Shown here piece by piece: positions 13,611 through 27,250 of a DNA stretch of 64,000 nt. Positions within the stretch are counted from its first letter, which is position 1. The number at the start of each line of letters is the position of its first letter. This DNA is from Epiperipatus broadwayi (lineage: Eukaryota > Animalia > Onychophora), in NCBI GenBank assembly GCA_028023455.1, contig JAQFVV010000003.1:18972001-19036000 (forward strand), written 5' to 3'. Made by a program: the position numbers and the translations under genes. Under the pieces are notes generated by a model that was not told the origin of the DNA, ran no database searches, and was given only the letters and a program-made list of their open reading frames with translations.

Positions 13611-16600
13611 CAGAGCATGTTAAAATAATTAACTCTAACAGTTGTGAAAAAGTTAAATGATTCCCTCATAATATATACTAGATGTGGTTGAATTATAGGG
13701 AGCAGGACTAATGGTATTCTATCTTTTAGTTGTAAACAAAGCATTATTAATAAGAAACAATGATGTTGATCTCTTACAAGATTTTATTTATTAAGTAGGT
13801 AATTAATTACTTATGAAGAAATTATCAATGTATAGTAAAAAATTGTCATGCTTCTCAACTATTCTTTTAATACAAGAATTGATCTTGTTTGCCAAAGAGA
13901 ACAAATTTACAGATTATGTCGCACGCCAAGTCAACTTTAAAGTAGCTTTTGATCTAGTCAATTGGAAATATTTTCACTGCACTACACAAATGTTTGTCTG
14001 ATAATATGATGATTATTATTCAAAACTACCTCACTAATAGATCAATTAAACTGAAGAATTATATGCGACTGTCAATATCTTTCAAACCTAGTCATGGCAT
14101 TTCACAGGACTTGCCACTTGCATCATTGCTATTTCAATTTATGTAGATCCCCTGATTAAGGAAATAAAACAATGCACTGAAGATCTTTTTCTTCCTCATC
14201 TTGAAACTATTGTCCAAACCCTATTCTTTGTTGATAATATCCTCATAATCTTCAGAGGCCTCTAAAACATTTCCTTCATTCTGAATATTTAAATAAATTC
14301 TAAACATCATTTGGTTCTACAATACAAGTTTACAAGTCATCTTTGTAGCCACTGTCTACAGCCCACAAATTATCATCTTTCTTCAAGGGTAACATCTTAT
14401 CCTTCCTTGGTATCCCAATTAATCTGTCTAAAATGCAATTTAGCCATTATTTAAACAGTCTTGAATGCATTCAGTATGAAAATGAATGCATTTTTCCCAA
14501 AATGCTGTATCCCATTGTGAAAGTTTGTATAGTGAAGTTTGTATAATGGAATACTTCCCTACTACAGTCATGGATGCAGCTTTTTAACAAGACCCTATCA
14601 TAAACTTATGCTCATAATAAAATCATACATCTGGGACTTGTTTTCACATCTATCCATCAGAACAGCATGCTTTCCTATATGAAAAGGAAGGCTTAATTTG
14701 ATATGTCATAGATTTGTAATTTTTATTAGAGCTAAAATGTATATTGTGATACTTACTAATCCAATACTTAGTGTCACCCCTCTTCCCACTCCAATACCTT
14801 TGCTTGTTTCAATTTTATATGTCAAATTGTCCTTTTTCACAGATCATACCATTAAGCATGCTGATCTATTTGGATAATATAACATCAAATCTTTCATCAT
14901 ATCATTAAAAAATTAAAATAAGATGACATCCATCCAGACATCTGTGGACAATCTTGCCATTTGCTAAGACTAACCAAATTCCAAAACCTTTATGCTTCTC
15001 AATCATGGTTGAAATTTTTTTAAATTTATTACAGTGTACATTTCTAACCAATATGTTTCTTAATGAGTGATTCAAGCTAAATGTTGAACCTATAGGTGTT
15101 TTATCAATAATTTTTCAGAAGAAATGTTACACCTTTTTCAAATCTGTCAATACTTCTCATCTCTACACCTATTTGTATTTCATAGGTATACAATTTATAT
15201 TCTCTTAAATTTTTACCCAGGAACATTGTGACCAAAACTTGGCAAACAACAATCTGCCTCAGTTGGGCTCTCTCATAGCTTAAACTTTTATTTTCATTAA
15301 CACTTATCATCAGATTTCACTCTTGAAAATAAATATCTGGACTCTTCAGTTTAGTTATTATGATTATGCAATATTAGAATAAGTCACTTTAAATTTTTTT
15401 ATATATAATATTAAATATTTTTATAAAGAAAATATATTTTGTAAAAATGAAAATAAAAAAGAAATGTATAATTCATATTATGTAAAAGATGAAAGCAAAA
15501 TAGTTTTGAGGCTGCAAATTAAACAATTTATTGTATTATCTGTACCATTATAGTTGTAGTTTCATCATACTTTTGCCTATGTAACATAAATTTATTCTAC
15601 TATAAATATGTTACTATTTTTATATAGTTTGGTTTAAAATAAAGTTTTTTTAAATAATAATAATAATAATAACAAAAAATGATGTTATAGGATATTCATT
15701 TTCCTAACTACTTAGGATTTATAATGCTTCCAAAAAAAAAAGTCCAGATAATAAACATGAAACAAAATATAATTAAGCAAGATTATTATTACAAAATGGA
15801 TTGTAAATAATAACCAAAATAGGTTTATGATCTTTTTTAAAAACTGGAATAGTAGACATCTTTAAATGAATTTATTTTAACAATGTATAAAATAAAATAA
15901 ATGAAAATATAAATATTTTTCAACTTACGTAAATAATCATTTCACAACTTTTTGTATAATCTGATTAATGCATAAATTGAACAAAAATATATAAAACTTA
16001 ATTAATGTGGCATATTAAAAATGTATCTTCATGATCATATTTCCAGAGAATTATTTTGAAAATGTTTTTATAAAACCTATACATAAAAAGAAAAACTTTT
16101 TTTTTAAAAAACAACTTTTTAATTGTATTCAAAATAATGGATTTTCTGTTTAAATATTGAGTTAATATCTTTTTCTTCCTTTTTTTTTTAAAATAAATAT
16201 CTTATACTATTTGTTAAATTATTTTTCAAGTTGAAGAACTAGTAAGTTGTTTTTTTTGCTAAATAATCAAAAAAAAGTACCCCCCCCCCTCTCTCTATAT
16301 ATATATCCATTTAAATGGGAAGAAAAAGAAATAAAAATAGTTTGCTATAAGTAAATTTAGTTTGTTTCTAATAAAAGTTGTATTTCTTTTTTTATTTGCA
16401 TATTGCTAAGTGTAATGCTATAATATATTTAGAATGTTTTGAGCTGTTTCTATATGTAGACATAGTACACACTAAATAAATATTGCAATTATTAAAAATA
16501 ATACTTTTTATAATTACAACATTTATTATTCCATGATGATACTGTGTAATATAAAGTATTTAAAGTTTCTCTTTAAAACATATGCCATAATTACAGTATA

Positions 16601-16909
16601 TAATAGATTACAGATTTATATATGTTTGATTTATGTAAGTAGGTAGCTCCTTATCATTAATTTAAGACATTGAAATTTTACAGTTATTTTTATTTTTAAT
16701 ACCAAATGTCACATGACTATATATAGTTCACAAAACTCTTCAATGTTTATATTGACTGAAAATTCTGACAAGCAATCTCAACATAAGAAAATCATAATAA
16801 ATCTGAAAAATATTGAAAAGCCATAATTTTATTTATAAATATTAATATATATGTGTGCTCTGCGCACAGATAATGAAGCTATTCAATGTACGTTAAATTA
16901 TCAAAAGTT

Positions 16910-16957
16910 ACCGCCAAGCGCTTTCGGGACAGTTTATAGTCCCATATTCATGGCAAC
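16910..16957 (-). ncRNA. Minimal type I hammerhead ribozyme candidate, variant core A3-U8 (family F)
   Basis: Minus strand: gttgcc ATGAATA t gggac tataaact gtccc GAA agcgct t ggcggt. 5-bp stem II, palindromic stem III AGCGCT, stem I with G-U pairs. Confidence 0.6.
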
Positions 16958-18984
16958 TTGTATTTGGTTAAGACCTGTAATATTATAATATCTACATCCA
17001 AAATTGATGGGGTCTTCAGTTAAATATGCAGTCTCTGAATTAACATTTTATTGTAAATTTTTATGAATATAGAAAATGTATAATTTATTAAAAAATTACA
17101 GATAATAATTTTGTAAAAGCATTATATTATTTGTCACATTAGATAGAGCTGTTCTAATGTCCTCTATAAAAATACTATATGATCTTGCAAAAATATGTTT
17201 TAATACACATAATGTCAAAATAGAACATTTATATTTTTAAAGAAAAAAAAAAGAAATTTATCTTTTGTATTGAAAATCAGTATTCTAAGTTTCAATTTAT
17301 TCTTTTTGTGTGTATGTGTTTGTTTATTTATTTAATTTAAATATTAATCTGCATTTATAATATTCATAATCCTTTTTTTTTTTATTTCTTCTTATTACTA
17401 CTACATAATTTTTCTTGCTATTTTTTTTTGATCCAGTTTTAATTAAATAAAATAAAAATTTTAAGCTGGTATTTAATAAAATTGAAATAAGACTTTTTGC
17501 TCTTTCTCTCATTCACCTTTTTTTCTTTTCTGTTTTTGTCACCTAGTTTAGTTTAGAATCCAGTTATTATAAGTCTCATGTTGTCATTTGTCATCTCTGT
17601 AAATGACATTGAAATTGTATATTTGTATTAACACATTTTAATTCTTAAATTATATTGGCACCAGTTCCAATTCCAATCTTTTTTTGTTTTGTTTACTGTA
17701 TTCTTTGTTTTTTTAATTTTTTTTTCTGGAATTAGAATGATAATATTCATTTAGAGTTGCTGCAAATTAATGATCAACAACTGATGACTAGAAGACTTTG
17801 TGCAGTGGCATAACTACCAAGTTATAGAGGAAGGCAATGCCTGCAGATCCACGCAGTGCAGGAGTCCATAAACTTGAAAATCTATAGTGAGGCAATTAAA
17901 ATATATTCATATGAAAACAATTATTAACTATATCTCATAAATTGTTGTTATATGGTGCAAGAAATTGTAAAATTATTTTGAAAATCCAAAGTACTCTTCA
18001 CAACACATACAAGGCTATTGCTCATTGTTTAAAAACTAATTTACTTGTCTCTATAAAATTCACATCGTTTACATTGGCATCCTATATTTTATAAACATTC
18101 TTCTAGATTACAAACATTCTTCCATATGCCATGAATTGGTAGCATGATGCTTTTGTCATATTATTTTTTAGCAAAGAAATATTGATAACAATTTGAAGGA
18201 ATTTTTATGACCAATCACATATTAGTTTTTGATCATTTTTCATTAAAAAAAGAACTTTGCTTATTTATTTTTAATGGTTTTTTGTTGCAATTATTCGAAA
18301 TTAACTGTGATTGTTCAATTTTTTCAAAATTAACATTAAAATTATTAATTTAGTTGAACTCGCTTGAATAAAATAGTGTTTTATAAATAAATTAGCTAAA
18401 AAATCTTAGGTTTCATAGTATTTGGTAAAAAATAATATAGTGTTAAGGACTATTAAATTAACTCTTAAGATACAATTTGTAGAAATAAATAAATTGAAAT
18501 AAGGCTTATTAGTTAATATAAAAACTTAGTGATAATGAGTAATGGAATATGGAGAGTTTTAAAAAAGTGATGAATGAGGCTCAAAAAAGAAAACTTAAAA
18601 AAGAGAAAAAACAAACATTACAAAAAATGGCAAAACTTGATAATTTTGTAATAAAACCAAAAATAATTCAAGTGAAGCTGCTCAAGAAAATTGTGAAAAT
18701 ACCAATAGAACAAATGTATGTGAAATTTTAGAACAACCAAAATGTCAACAAGTGTGTGAACGAAACAATTTCCGGACAACAGGGAGCTGAGAACATTCAT
18801 GAAACACTGAATTTTGAGAATGCTGATGTAAGTTATTTAGGAAAATATATTAATCAACATATTTCTGATGATAAAACAGGCAAAACTCACTATACGTATC
18901 GCCACACACAGCAAGCTAGAATAATCAACGGATGCCAGAAGGCTTGTGCATAAAATTCCCATCTAATGCCTACTCATCCAATAT

Positions 18985-19024
18985 CCTCAGACTAGTTTCT
19001 GGCTTGTGGCCTTCATCAGTGAGG
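18985..19024 (-). ncRNA. Minimal type I hammerhead ribozyme, intact core (family A, monomer 1)
   Basis: cctca CTGATGA a ggc cacaa gcc a GAA actagt c tgagg. Stem I CCTCA/TGAGG, palindromic stem III ACTAGT, GUC cleavage triplet. Confidence 0.85.
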
Positions 19025-20620
19025 AGCCTTGGATATGAGAGCACTGCATCTAGATCTGAGGATCTAATGAAGCCCTCTAGCAGCCACCTTTTATCTCCAT
19101 TTAACTACAAAACCATGAGTCTTAAATTGAAAACATCTTAATATCTTCAATCCAAGCTCATTAGCTTATATAGTCATATAGATCTGAACTCAGTTCAGTG
19201 CCTATACATTTTGGTGTCTTTGGTTCTTTAATAACCATAGCCACCACTATCCTATTAGGCAGGATTGGTTTTAAGCCAATAAACATCACATGATCACCAT
19301 TTCTTATGCTTGCTTATAACGGTTGTTAAAACAGGCAAAACTTACTATACGTATTGCCAACACAGCAAGCTAGAGTAATCAATGGATGCCAGAAGGCTTG
19401 TGCATAAAATCCCCAACTAGTGCCTACTCATCCAATATCCCCAATCTAGTTTCTGGCTTATGGCCTTTGTCAATGAGGAGCCTTGGATCTGAGAGCACTA
19501 CACCTAGATCTTAGGATCTAATGCAATCCTCTAGCAGCCACTACACTTAACTACAAAACAATGAGTCTTAAATTGAAAACATTTTAATATCTTCACGCCA
19601 AGATCATTAGCTTATGTAGTCATATAAGTCTGAACTCAGTTCAGTACCTATTCATTTTGGTGTCTTTGGTTCTTTAATAACCATAGCCATCACTATCCTA
19701 TTAGGCAGGATTGGTTTTAAGCCAATAAACATCACATGATGACCATTTTTTATGCTTGCTTATAATTGTTGTTAAAACAGGCAAAACTCACTATATGTAT
19801 TGCCACACACAGCAAGCTAGAGTAATCGATGGATGTGTGGCAATATGTATAGTGAATTTTACCTGTTTTAACAACAGTTACAAGCAAGCATAAGAAATGG
19901 TGATCATGTGATGTTTATTGGCTTAAAACCAATCCTGCCTAATAGGATAGTGGTGGCTATGGTTATTAAAGAACCAAAGACACCAAAATGTATAGGTACT
20001 GAACTAAGTTCAGACCATGACTATATAAGCTAGTGAGCTTGGATTGAAGATATTAAGATGTTTTCAATTTAAGACTCATAGTTTTGTAGTTAAGTGGAGA
20101 TAAAAGGTGGCTGCTAGAGTGTTCCATTAAATCCTAAGATCTAGGTGCAGTGCTTTCAGATCCAAGGCTCCTCACTGACAAAGGTCACAAGCCGAAACTA
20201 GTCTGGTGATATTGGATGAATAGGCACTAGATGGGGATTTTATGCACAAGCCTTTTGGCATCCATTGATTACTCTAGCTTTCTCTGTGTGGCAATACATA
20301 TAGTGAGTTTTGCCTGTTTTAACAACAATTATAAGCAAGCATAAGAAATGGTCATCATGTGATGTTTATTGGCTTAAAACCAATCCTGCCTAATAGGATA
20401 GTGATGGCTATGGTTGTTAAAGAACCAAAGACACCAAAATGTATAGGTACTGAACTGAGGTCAAACCTATATGACTATATAAGCTAATGTGGATCGAAGA
20501 TATTAAGATGTTTTCAATTTAAGACTCGTAGTTTTATAGTTAAGTGGAGATAAAATTCGGCTGCCAGAGGGTTGCATTAGATTCTAAGATCTAGGTGCAG
20601 TCCTTTCAGATTTAAGACTT

Positions 20621-20658
20621 CTCACTGACGAAGGCCACAAGCCAGAAACTAGTCTGGG
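20621..20658 (+). ncRNA. Minimal type I hammerhead ribozyme, intact core (family A, monomer 4)
   Basis: ctca CTGACGA a ggc cacaa gcc a GAA actagt c tggg; predicted cleavage after 20654. Sister copies at 19439-19478 (-) and 20170-20208 (+) have core mutations. Confidence 0.75.
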
Positions 20659-23600
20659 GATATTGGATGAATAGGCACTAGATGGGGATTTATGCACAAG
20701 CCTTCTGGAATCCATTGATTACTCTAGTTTACTGTATGTGGCAGTATGTATAGTGAGTTTTGCCTGTTTTAACAACAGTTATAAGCAGGCATAGAAATGG
20801 TGATCATGTGATATTTCTGATGAAACAAAATAATTTATAATAAGTGTCCAACCACATAGAACCAAAGAGCCGTTTCTGAAAAATTTGAACCAACAAAATA
20901 GAAGTTTTAGTGAGACATTATTCCATTTCAAAATATGGTCCAGTCCCATATTTATGGCTATGCTTTCAAATATTTTAGACTACATATTGTGAACCAGGTT
21001 GTTTGCTTTCAAAATATAATAACCACTAGCATTCTGGAATAAGAGAATGGAAAAATTTATTTATTAGCATAAAAAGACATAATGCTACTCAACATCATAT
21101 TGAAACATGTGTTGTGTACAAAATGTGGAAGAAAAATGTAGCCATTGATAAAAGTACTGAAGAACAAATTCAGTACAATGTGTCTTTTTGAAAAATGATT
21201 CTAGAATGCTTATTTCATACAACATTAATATTAGCTAAAATATTTTTAGCATTTCATTGTCATCAAGAAGGTCTATCGGAGAACTATAATGGAAACTTTA
21301 TCACAAATATAATTACTTGCTATCTACGATAATGTTATAAGATAAGTATTAGATATGCCAGCTGGTTAAACAAAATATTTAAGTCCAAAAATACAGAATG
21401 AATTGATAGATTGTCTAGGAAAAAAGTTAACGAAATAATTGATTGGGAATGTAAATGTATCACCATTCTATATTTTGATGTTGGACACTTCTTAAGACCT
21501 TAGCAAAAAAGATCAACTGAGAATATTAATGATATACACATATAATTCGGGATGAAAATGAGCAACTGGCCAATATAGTAATTCTGGAAACATTTTTGGG
21601 ATTTTATGAATTAATTCAGCAGATTTTGAATTAAGTCATGGAATTACTAAAACAATATGAATATTTCAATGGAAAAATGCTATGGTCAGTGCTATTATGG
21701 GACTAGTGTAAAGAGTAGTGTTTATAATGAAGTACAAACAAAGATTAAAAATATTTTCTTCTATGTAGAATATGTACATTGTGCTACTCATAATTTAAAC
21801 CTAGTGGTTAACACAGTGTAACTAACTGTCACGAAGTATCATCTTTTTTTTTTCCAATTATTCAAAATGTATACACCTTTTTTGGCAATAGCATAAAAAG
21901 ATGGGACCTTTTTTCCAAATTTACTGCAGAGTTGGAGGTTTCTTTAAAAAAAACTTAACCCAACTTGCTGGGCAGATAGATTACAATCTATATAGTCTAT
22001 AAAATTATATTTTAATGACATCATAAAGGCATTGATTGAAATAAAATTGCAATCCATTAAAAAAAGAAGAAAGAGAAGCCCTTCGCATAAAAAAAGGCAA
22101 TGTCAACATTTAACTTCACATTTCTTTGTATAGTTTTATATAAAGTAATAACTGAAGTTAACTGTGCTTCGAAAACATTACAGAAATGTGATCTTGTCTT
22201 AGATGAAGCCATGTCCTTACTGGATTGTATATATAAAAATTTAAATAATTTCAGAAACTTATGCAAAAAAATAAAATTAGAAGTTAAAGAACTAACAGAA
22301 AAATGGGGGATAAATACTGATTTTCAAGTCAAAAGACAAAAAAAAATTGCAAACAACGTTTATCAATAATAATGACGAACAGTTTATTTTGAGTCACTGT
22401 CTTTTATAGTGTAATAGATATAATAACCATGCAAATTAAAAAGCATTTTGTGGGAATGCAGATAGTAAAGCACTATTTTAGTTTTATAGAACCTAAGAAA
22501 ATTATCAATGTGATTGATGTTGGTGTGTTAGACAATTGCTCAAATCTTAGAAATAAGTACCCAGAACTTTTTTCAGAATAGCTTTGTTAGTCAATTAATT
22601 CAAGTGGATTTCTTTATTAAAAGACAATCTTACAGAAAAAATGGCAATTAAGAATTTCTTAGAAATACAGTTTGGAAAGTGAATTTAGTGAAATATATAT
22701 TTTCTTGTTTTTTTTTTTACACTTCTGGTAACTGTAGCTAGCATTGAAATGTCTTTTACTAAATTAAAAATAATAAAAGATTATAAAAGAAATTCAATTG
22801 GCCAAACCAGGTTTAAAGATCTTGCAATGTTAACTATTGAACAGATGGAAATGATTTTGCAAATGCAAAGGTTAGGAAGAAGGGTTTTTAAAGTGAATAT
22901 CTTTATTAAATTATATAATATTTATAATATAAAATAAATAATTAAAAATTTGTAAATACATGAAAAGTCAAAATTCTGAATTTTAAAATGGGCCGCTTTT
23001 TGAACTTCTGCCTTTGGATCCAATTTTTCTAATTACACCACTGACTGTGTGTATCAATTTAAATATTGCAACACACTTTTTCTCAGAAGAGCTACATTAA
23101 CAGAAAATTAATTTAATAAAAATAAAACTATTATATAAACTATATCTAACTTTTTTTAAAATATATAGATACAGCATTTGTTTAATATATAATTAATTCT
23201 ATCTGTATATATTATCAGTTTGAGTATTAATACTTACGTTTACCATTTGAATACTTTTAATAATTAGCCTAATGCATTTTCACCTTAGTGCACCATAAAC
23301 ATGGCAATATTAAATATTATTTTATCAGAAAACCTATTTTATGTAACAATAAATGCTTTAATTCCTGTGCATTCAAAAAAAAAAAAAAAAGATGATTTTG
23401 TCTTTGTGGCTTAACATTGAATTATATAATAATGATAATATTTGAAGAGTTGGAAATAATATTTTAATCATCTTTTGACTAATGGTACAAAAATTACTAA
23501 CTTATCCCATATCACAATTGAATGACCTGGATATTTAAAAAGGGGATGATAATATGTTAGCTTTAGAACTACTAAAATGTCCTATACTATATTTATAAAA

Positions 23601-25260
23601 AGGAAAATGATAAAACACAAGTAATTATAATAAATTATTATTGTTATTCATTAAAGCAAATATTCTTTTAAAAATAATTGAATAGGTTGCTTTCTATCAC
23701 AAAAATTTAGTTTATGTTGCTGGGATAAATGAAAAAAAAAATCTATCCTAAGAAAAAATAGTATTTATATATTGATTTTAATGATTTAATCAAAATATTT
23801 GATTCAGTTATCTGAGTAATTTAATGGCAACATTTAAACATAGATAATGAAATTCCTATGGTAATGAAAAGAGAAAGTGAAAGTTATCTTGATTTTTAAA
23901 TGATTATATTATTTGCATCTAAAGTAACGATAGAAAGAAAGAGCAAAGAGGGATGGTGTATTGCCAGCATAGAAAATGCTTAATAAACAAGCAAATAGCA
24001 TGCAAGTAAGCACTTACAATGCAGAAAATATCATTAATAAAAGAGAAAATAGCTTTGCAAGAGAACATATACTGAAATGTATAAGATTCAAGTATTTTTA
24101 TATAAATTAGATTTCTAATATAGAATATTGTTACATTTTTATTTACAACTGTTAAACTCACTCCACTCACAACCTTGACACCATCTGCCTCAGATAAATA
24201 CAATAATGACTATTACTAACCATTTATTAAACTAGAAATTAGTTTAACTAAGCCATAATATTATGGTATATTATACAAAAAATGTATTAGGTTAATTATA
24301 AAATATTGAAATTGTTCAGTCTGAATGTTAATCATAAAATATTGTTACAATATTTTCTACTATATTATAAATATATATTTTTGAACATTATTAAAGAAAG
24401 ATTAATAATTATTTATGTATATATTGAAAAGCTTTTGTGTGAAGAAATGCTTGCTAAAAGATATAACACTTATAAAAAATAAATTTGTTCAATGTATATG
24501 AGTAAATACAGGACAAGTGAGAACATTTAGAGATTATATAGGCTTGGTTCACTGGTTAATTAAAATGCATCTTGGGGGCCATTGGCATAATTTCTTTTTT
24601 CATTGCCTGCAAACATATATTTGTAACATAAAATTGAATTGTTAATTATTAATATATATATAAATTTACTGAATTTTTATTGATTAAAGTATAGTACTAC
24701 CAAAATGCATTTATTTTAATTATATCAATGTAATTTAATATAAAACATTGTTTAAATAACTACTGTAAGTATTTTTTCTTTAAACTATCAGATTACAATA
24801 TTAGTTGTTTTTAATCATTATTGGACAATACTAATAAAAACTTCAGATTTTACTTTCATTATTGACAGCTATTTTTGTGTTATTCATTTATGCAGATAAT
24901 CAACATATAAAGTAATCCAAAATTTACATAATGCACTCTAAAATTGAAATTATAATTAAAGTAGATATTGTTTTAAGTAACAAATTATAATTTTTAAATT
25001 ATTACTAGATATAAAAATTTAAGTCAGTTTTAATTTTTCTTTGAAGTTAAGTTTCATTTGCTAGCCATATACCTATCTTAATTTTTTACATTAATTTTTA
25101 CTTCATAGATGGTACCTTGTAACATTTTAGGTACTTACTATATTTGTATATCTCAGTCAAAAAACATTCATTGTATTTTTTTAATTGTTTTAATAATTAA
25201 TCTAAACTATACATACACATTTAAATACCCATATGTATATCTTTTTTTTTCTTGTCTTAG

Positions 25261-25389
25261 ATTTATCAAATATATTTGAGTCTTTCCTGCCCCAATTATT
25301 GACGTATCCTAATCCAATAGATCCATTAAATGGGGATGCAGCAGCTATGTATCTTCACAAGCCAGAAGAATACAAAAAGAAAATTATAG
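25261..25389 (+). CDS. UBE2H: UBE2H coding exon (129 bp): [43 protein letters not shown]
   Basis: Polypyrimidine tract plus cttag ends at 25260 and gtaagt starts at 25390. The peptide in ORF 25233..25469 is near-identical to UBE2H. Confidence 0.97.
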
Positions 25390-25933
25390 GTAAGTATTTA
25401 GCACATATGCAGAAATATGCATGTCAATGTGTTAAAAGATCTGATAAAAGCAATTTTAATTCCAAATAAATTTACATCAAATTTTATATTTACTTTATAT
25501 AAATCATCTTTCTCTGAGAATGTGAATATAAAATAATTTAAAACTAGGTTGATGTCAGAAAACTAAATACTTATTCACAAAAATAAAAAGCAAAAATTTT
25601 TGTAGTTGAACAAGAAAATATTTCGGACTTTTTGATTTTTTAAAATAAATAATTAAATATTTTTTTTGTTATCATTTATAAATTAATAAATAACCATTTT
25701 GTGTGGTATATTCCATTATAGACAAACATTTTTATGGCTCAGCATGCTTGACTTAATCATATTTTGGTCATTTATTAAAAAAATCTGAGCAGCAGGATTT
25801 AATGAATAATCCTCAACTTCTTACCATAAAGATTTTTATTTTCTTACTTGAAACATAATTGTAAAGTTTTTATTGTTGCTAGAATAAATAAATAAATTAT
25901 TTGTACATTTATAAACAATATGTATTAGCTGAA

Positions 25934-26346
25934 ATACACAGGTTTATATATACCTGTGTCTATATATGTAATAGACAGGGTATGAGTACAGACTTTCACA
26001 TGACCCACCACTCTCCACACTATCACATAACACTCTGATACACTTGAACACACATATGTTGAAAAGATAAATAATCACCAATATACGTATTTCATGCTAA
26101 ACCAGCAATCATCAGTTGGTCCAGATTACCATTTCTACACATATATGCTACAAGTGCTCAGATGTATATTAAGATAGCAAATTCTCCTACTTTAATGGAC
26201 AGGCTTCAATCTACTCCACACTCCAACTCTTCAACCGTCCATCCAATTGAAAATCTGATGATGGAACGCTCAAAGGCCACCCTGAGGCCGAGATTATTGT
26301 CACACCCATGTTGACCCAAGGTCAATCTGACCCCTCATGTACAGGA
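25934..26346 (-). mobile_element. Penelope-type repeat, family B, single copy (5' limit uncertain)
   Basis: Homologous to both arms of 32882-33505 and carries a hammerhead motif. Confidence 0.75.
26077..26120 (-). ncRNA. Minimal type I hammerhead ribozyme (family B)
   Basis: accaa CTGATGA t tgct ggttt agca t GAA atacgtat a ttggt. Stem I 5 bp, stem II 4 bp, 8-nt palindromic stem III. Confidence 0.85.
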
Positions 26347-26649
26347 CATAATCCATTAAATACATATACAAGGGATAGGCAGACATCTCTAAAACAATAT
26401 GTATTATAAATAAACTAGTGGAAAATAACAAATTGTTATATAATTTAACTTTACAAGTTATTTCAAAATAAATGAACTTTTATCAGGAGTTGATTGGTAT
26501 GTGGTATAAAAAGGATTTTAGATAATATAAAATGAATAACTCAGAAGGTCTCCTAAAAGTCCATCTCAGTTGAATATTTTTTGTTTACTGAAAAATCTCT
26601 AGATAGACAACATTTAAAACTGATTCATTTTTAAGAAAAATACTCCTAT

Positions 26650-27250
26650 AAATCTTTTACTATGCAGGAAATTGATATTTTCAAAAAAAGATTCATTAAG
26701 AGAAAGAGATACAATCAGTGTGATCTGTTAGAGATATAAAGAAGGAAGGAAGGAAGATTAATATTTATTTCATTGATCTTAAAAAAGGCATTTGATAGAT
26801 GAGTTACATTATTTGTTATTTGAAGGAAAAGTTTAGATAAGAAAGTGATATCTACTAAGAAACTTGTATATGAAATATATGATATTTGTAAGATTAAATA
26901 GTCTTTTTATAGAAGTTTTAGATAGGAGTATATTGTAAGTTTGGAATGATATTTTCTGTGGTTTGTCTAATCTTTATTTATTTCAAATGCTATTTTTTAC
27001 ACAGCTAAACTGAATTATTATTCAATTCTGAATAGTATAACATAGTTAGAATGTTATTGCCAGTTGTATATAGCAAGTATTTAATTTTAGAAAAATTATT
27101 ATGAATATATTGAGGCTGTGGAAATCTGAAAGAGAACATAGGTGAAAAATTGATAGAAATTCTTAAGAAAGGATATTAAAAGATAAAAGCTCGAGAAAAA
27201 AATTAATCAATAGATAACTGATAATGATTTTATCAAACTCAGCATCTTAA
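26650..27250 (+). mobile_element. Highly decayed non-LTR retrotransposon RT remnant (limits approximate)
   Basis: ttcattgatcttaaaaaa(g)gcatttgataga at 26769-26799 gives FIDLKKAFDR after one frameshift, the classic LINE RT motif. Confidence 0.55.

Larger units (their letters stand above)
18872..20810. mobile_element. Penelope-type non-coding insertion (family A): two ~450-bp monomers on - then two on +, inverted about 19810-19833
   Basis: Monomer periods 455, 446, 451 and 450 bp. 13-bp TSD ATATTTCTGATGA (18859-18871, 20811-20823). One hammerhead motif per monomer, no RT or endonuclease ORF. Confidence 0.88.
18549..22845 (+). pseudogene. hAT (ZMYM1/DUF4371-like) transposase pseudogene with stops, frameshifts and an insertion
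   Basis: N-terminal AQKRKLKKEK. Frame continues across the insertion (..YINQHISD|ETK*FII..). ORF 22100..22369 FLCIVLYKVITEVNCASKTLQKCDL and ORF 22749.. SFTKLKIIKDYKRNSIGQTRFKDLAMLTIE resemble the hAT catalytic and C-terminal dimerisation regions. Confidence 0.85.
17803..23043 (+). mobile_element. Decayed hAT DNA transposon containing a nested ~1.9-kb insertion
   Basis: TIRs CAGTGGCATAACTA (17803) and the reverse complement of TAATTACACCACTG (ends 23043). 8-bp TSD actttgtg / actgtgtg (7/8 match). Internal transposase remnants. Confidence 0.9.

Noticed and set aside
19439-19478. TTGACAA core in family A monomer 2 as another functional U3-A8 variant
   Set aside because: Sister monomers show it derives from CTGACGA by CpG decay plus one change, and the UH site of this copy is also mutated.
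26255-26300. CTGATGATGG...CCGAGA on the + strand as a hammerhead
   Set aside because: No stem I pairing or valid stem III, and the 33-kb copy does not preserve it. The real family B motif is on the opposite strand at 26077-26120.
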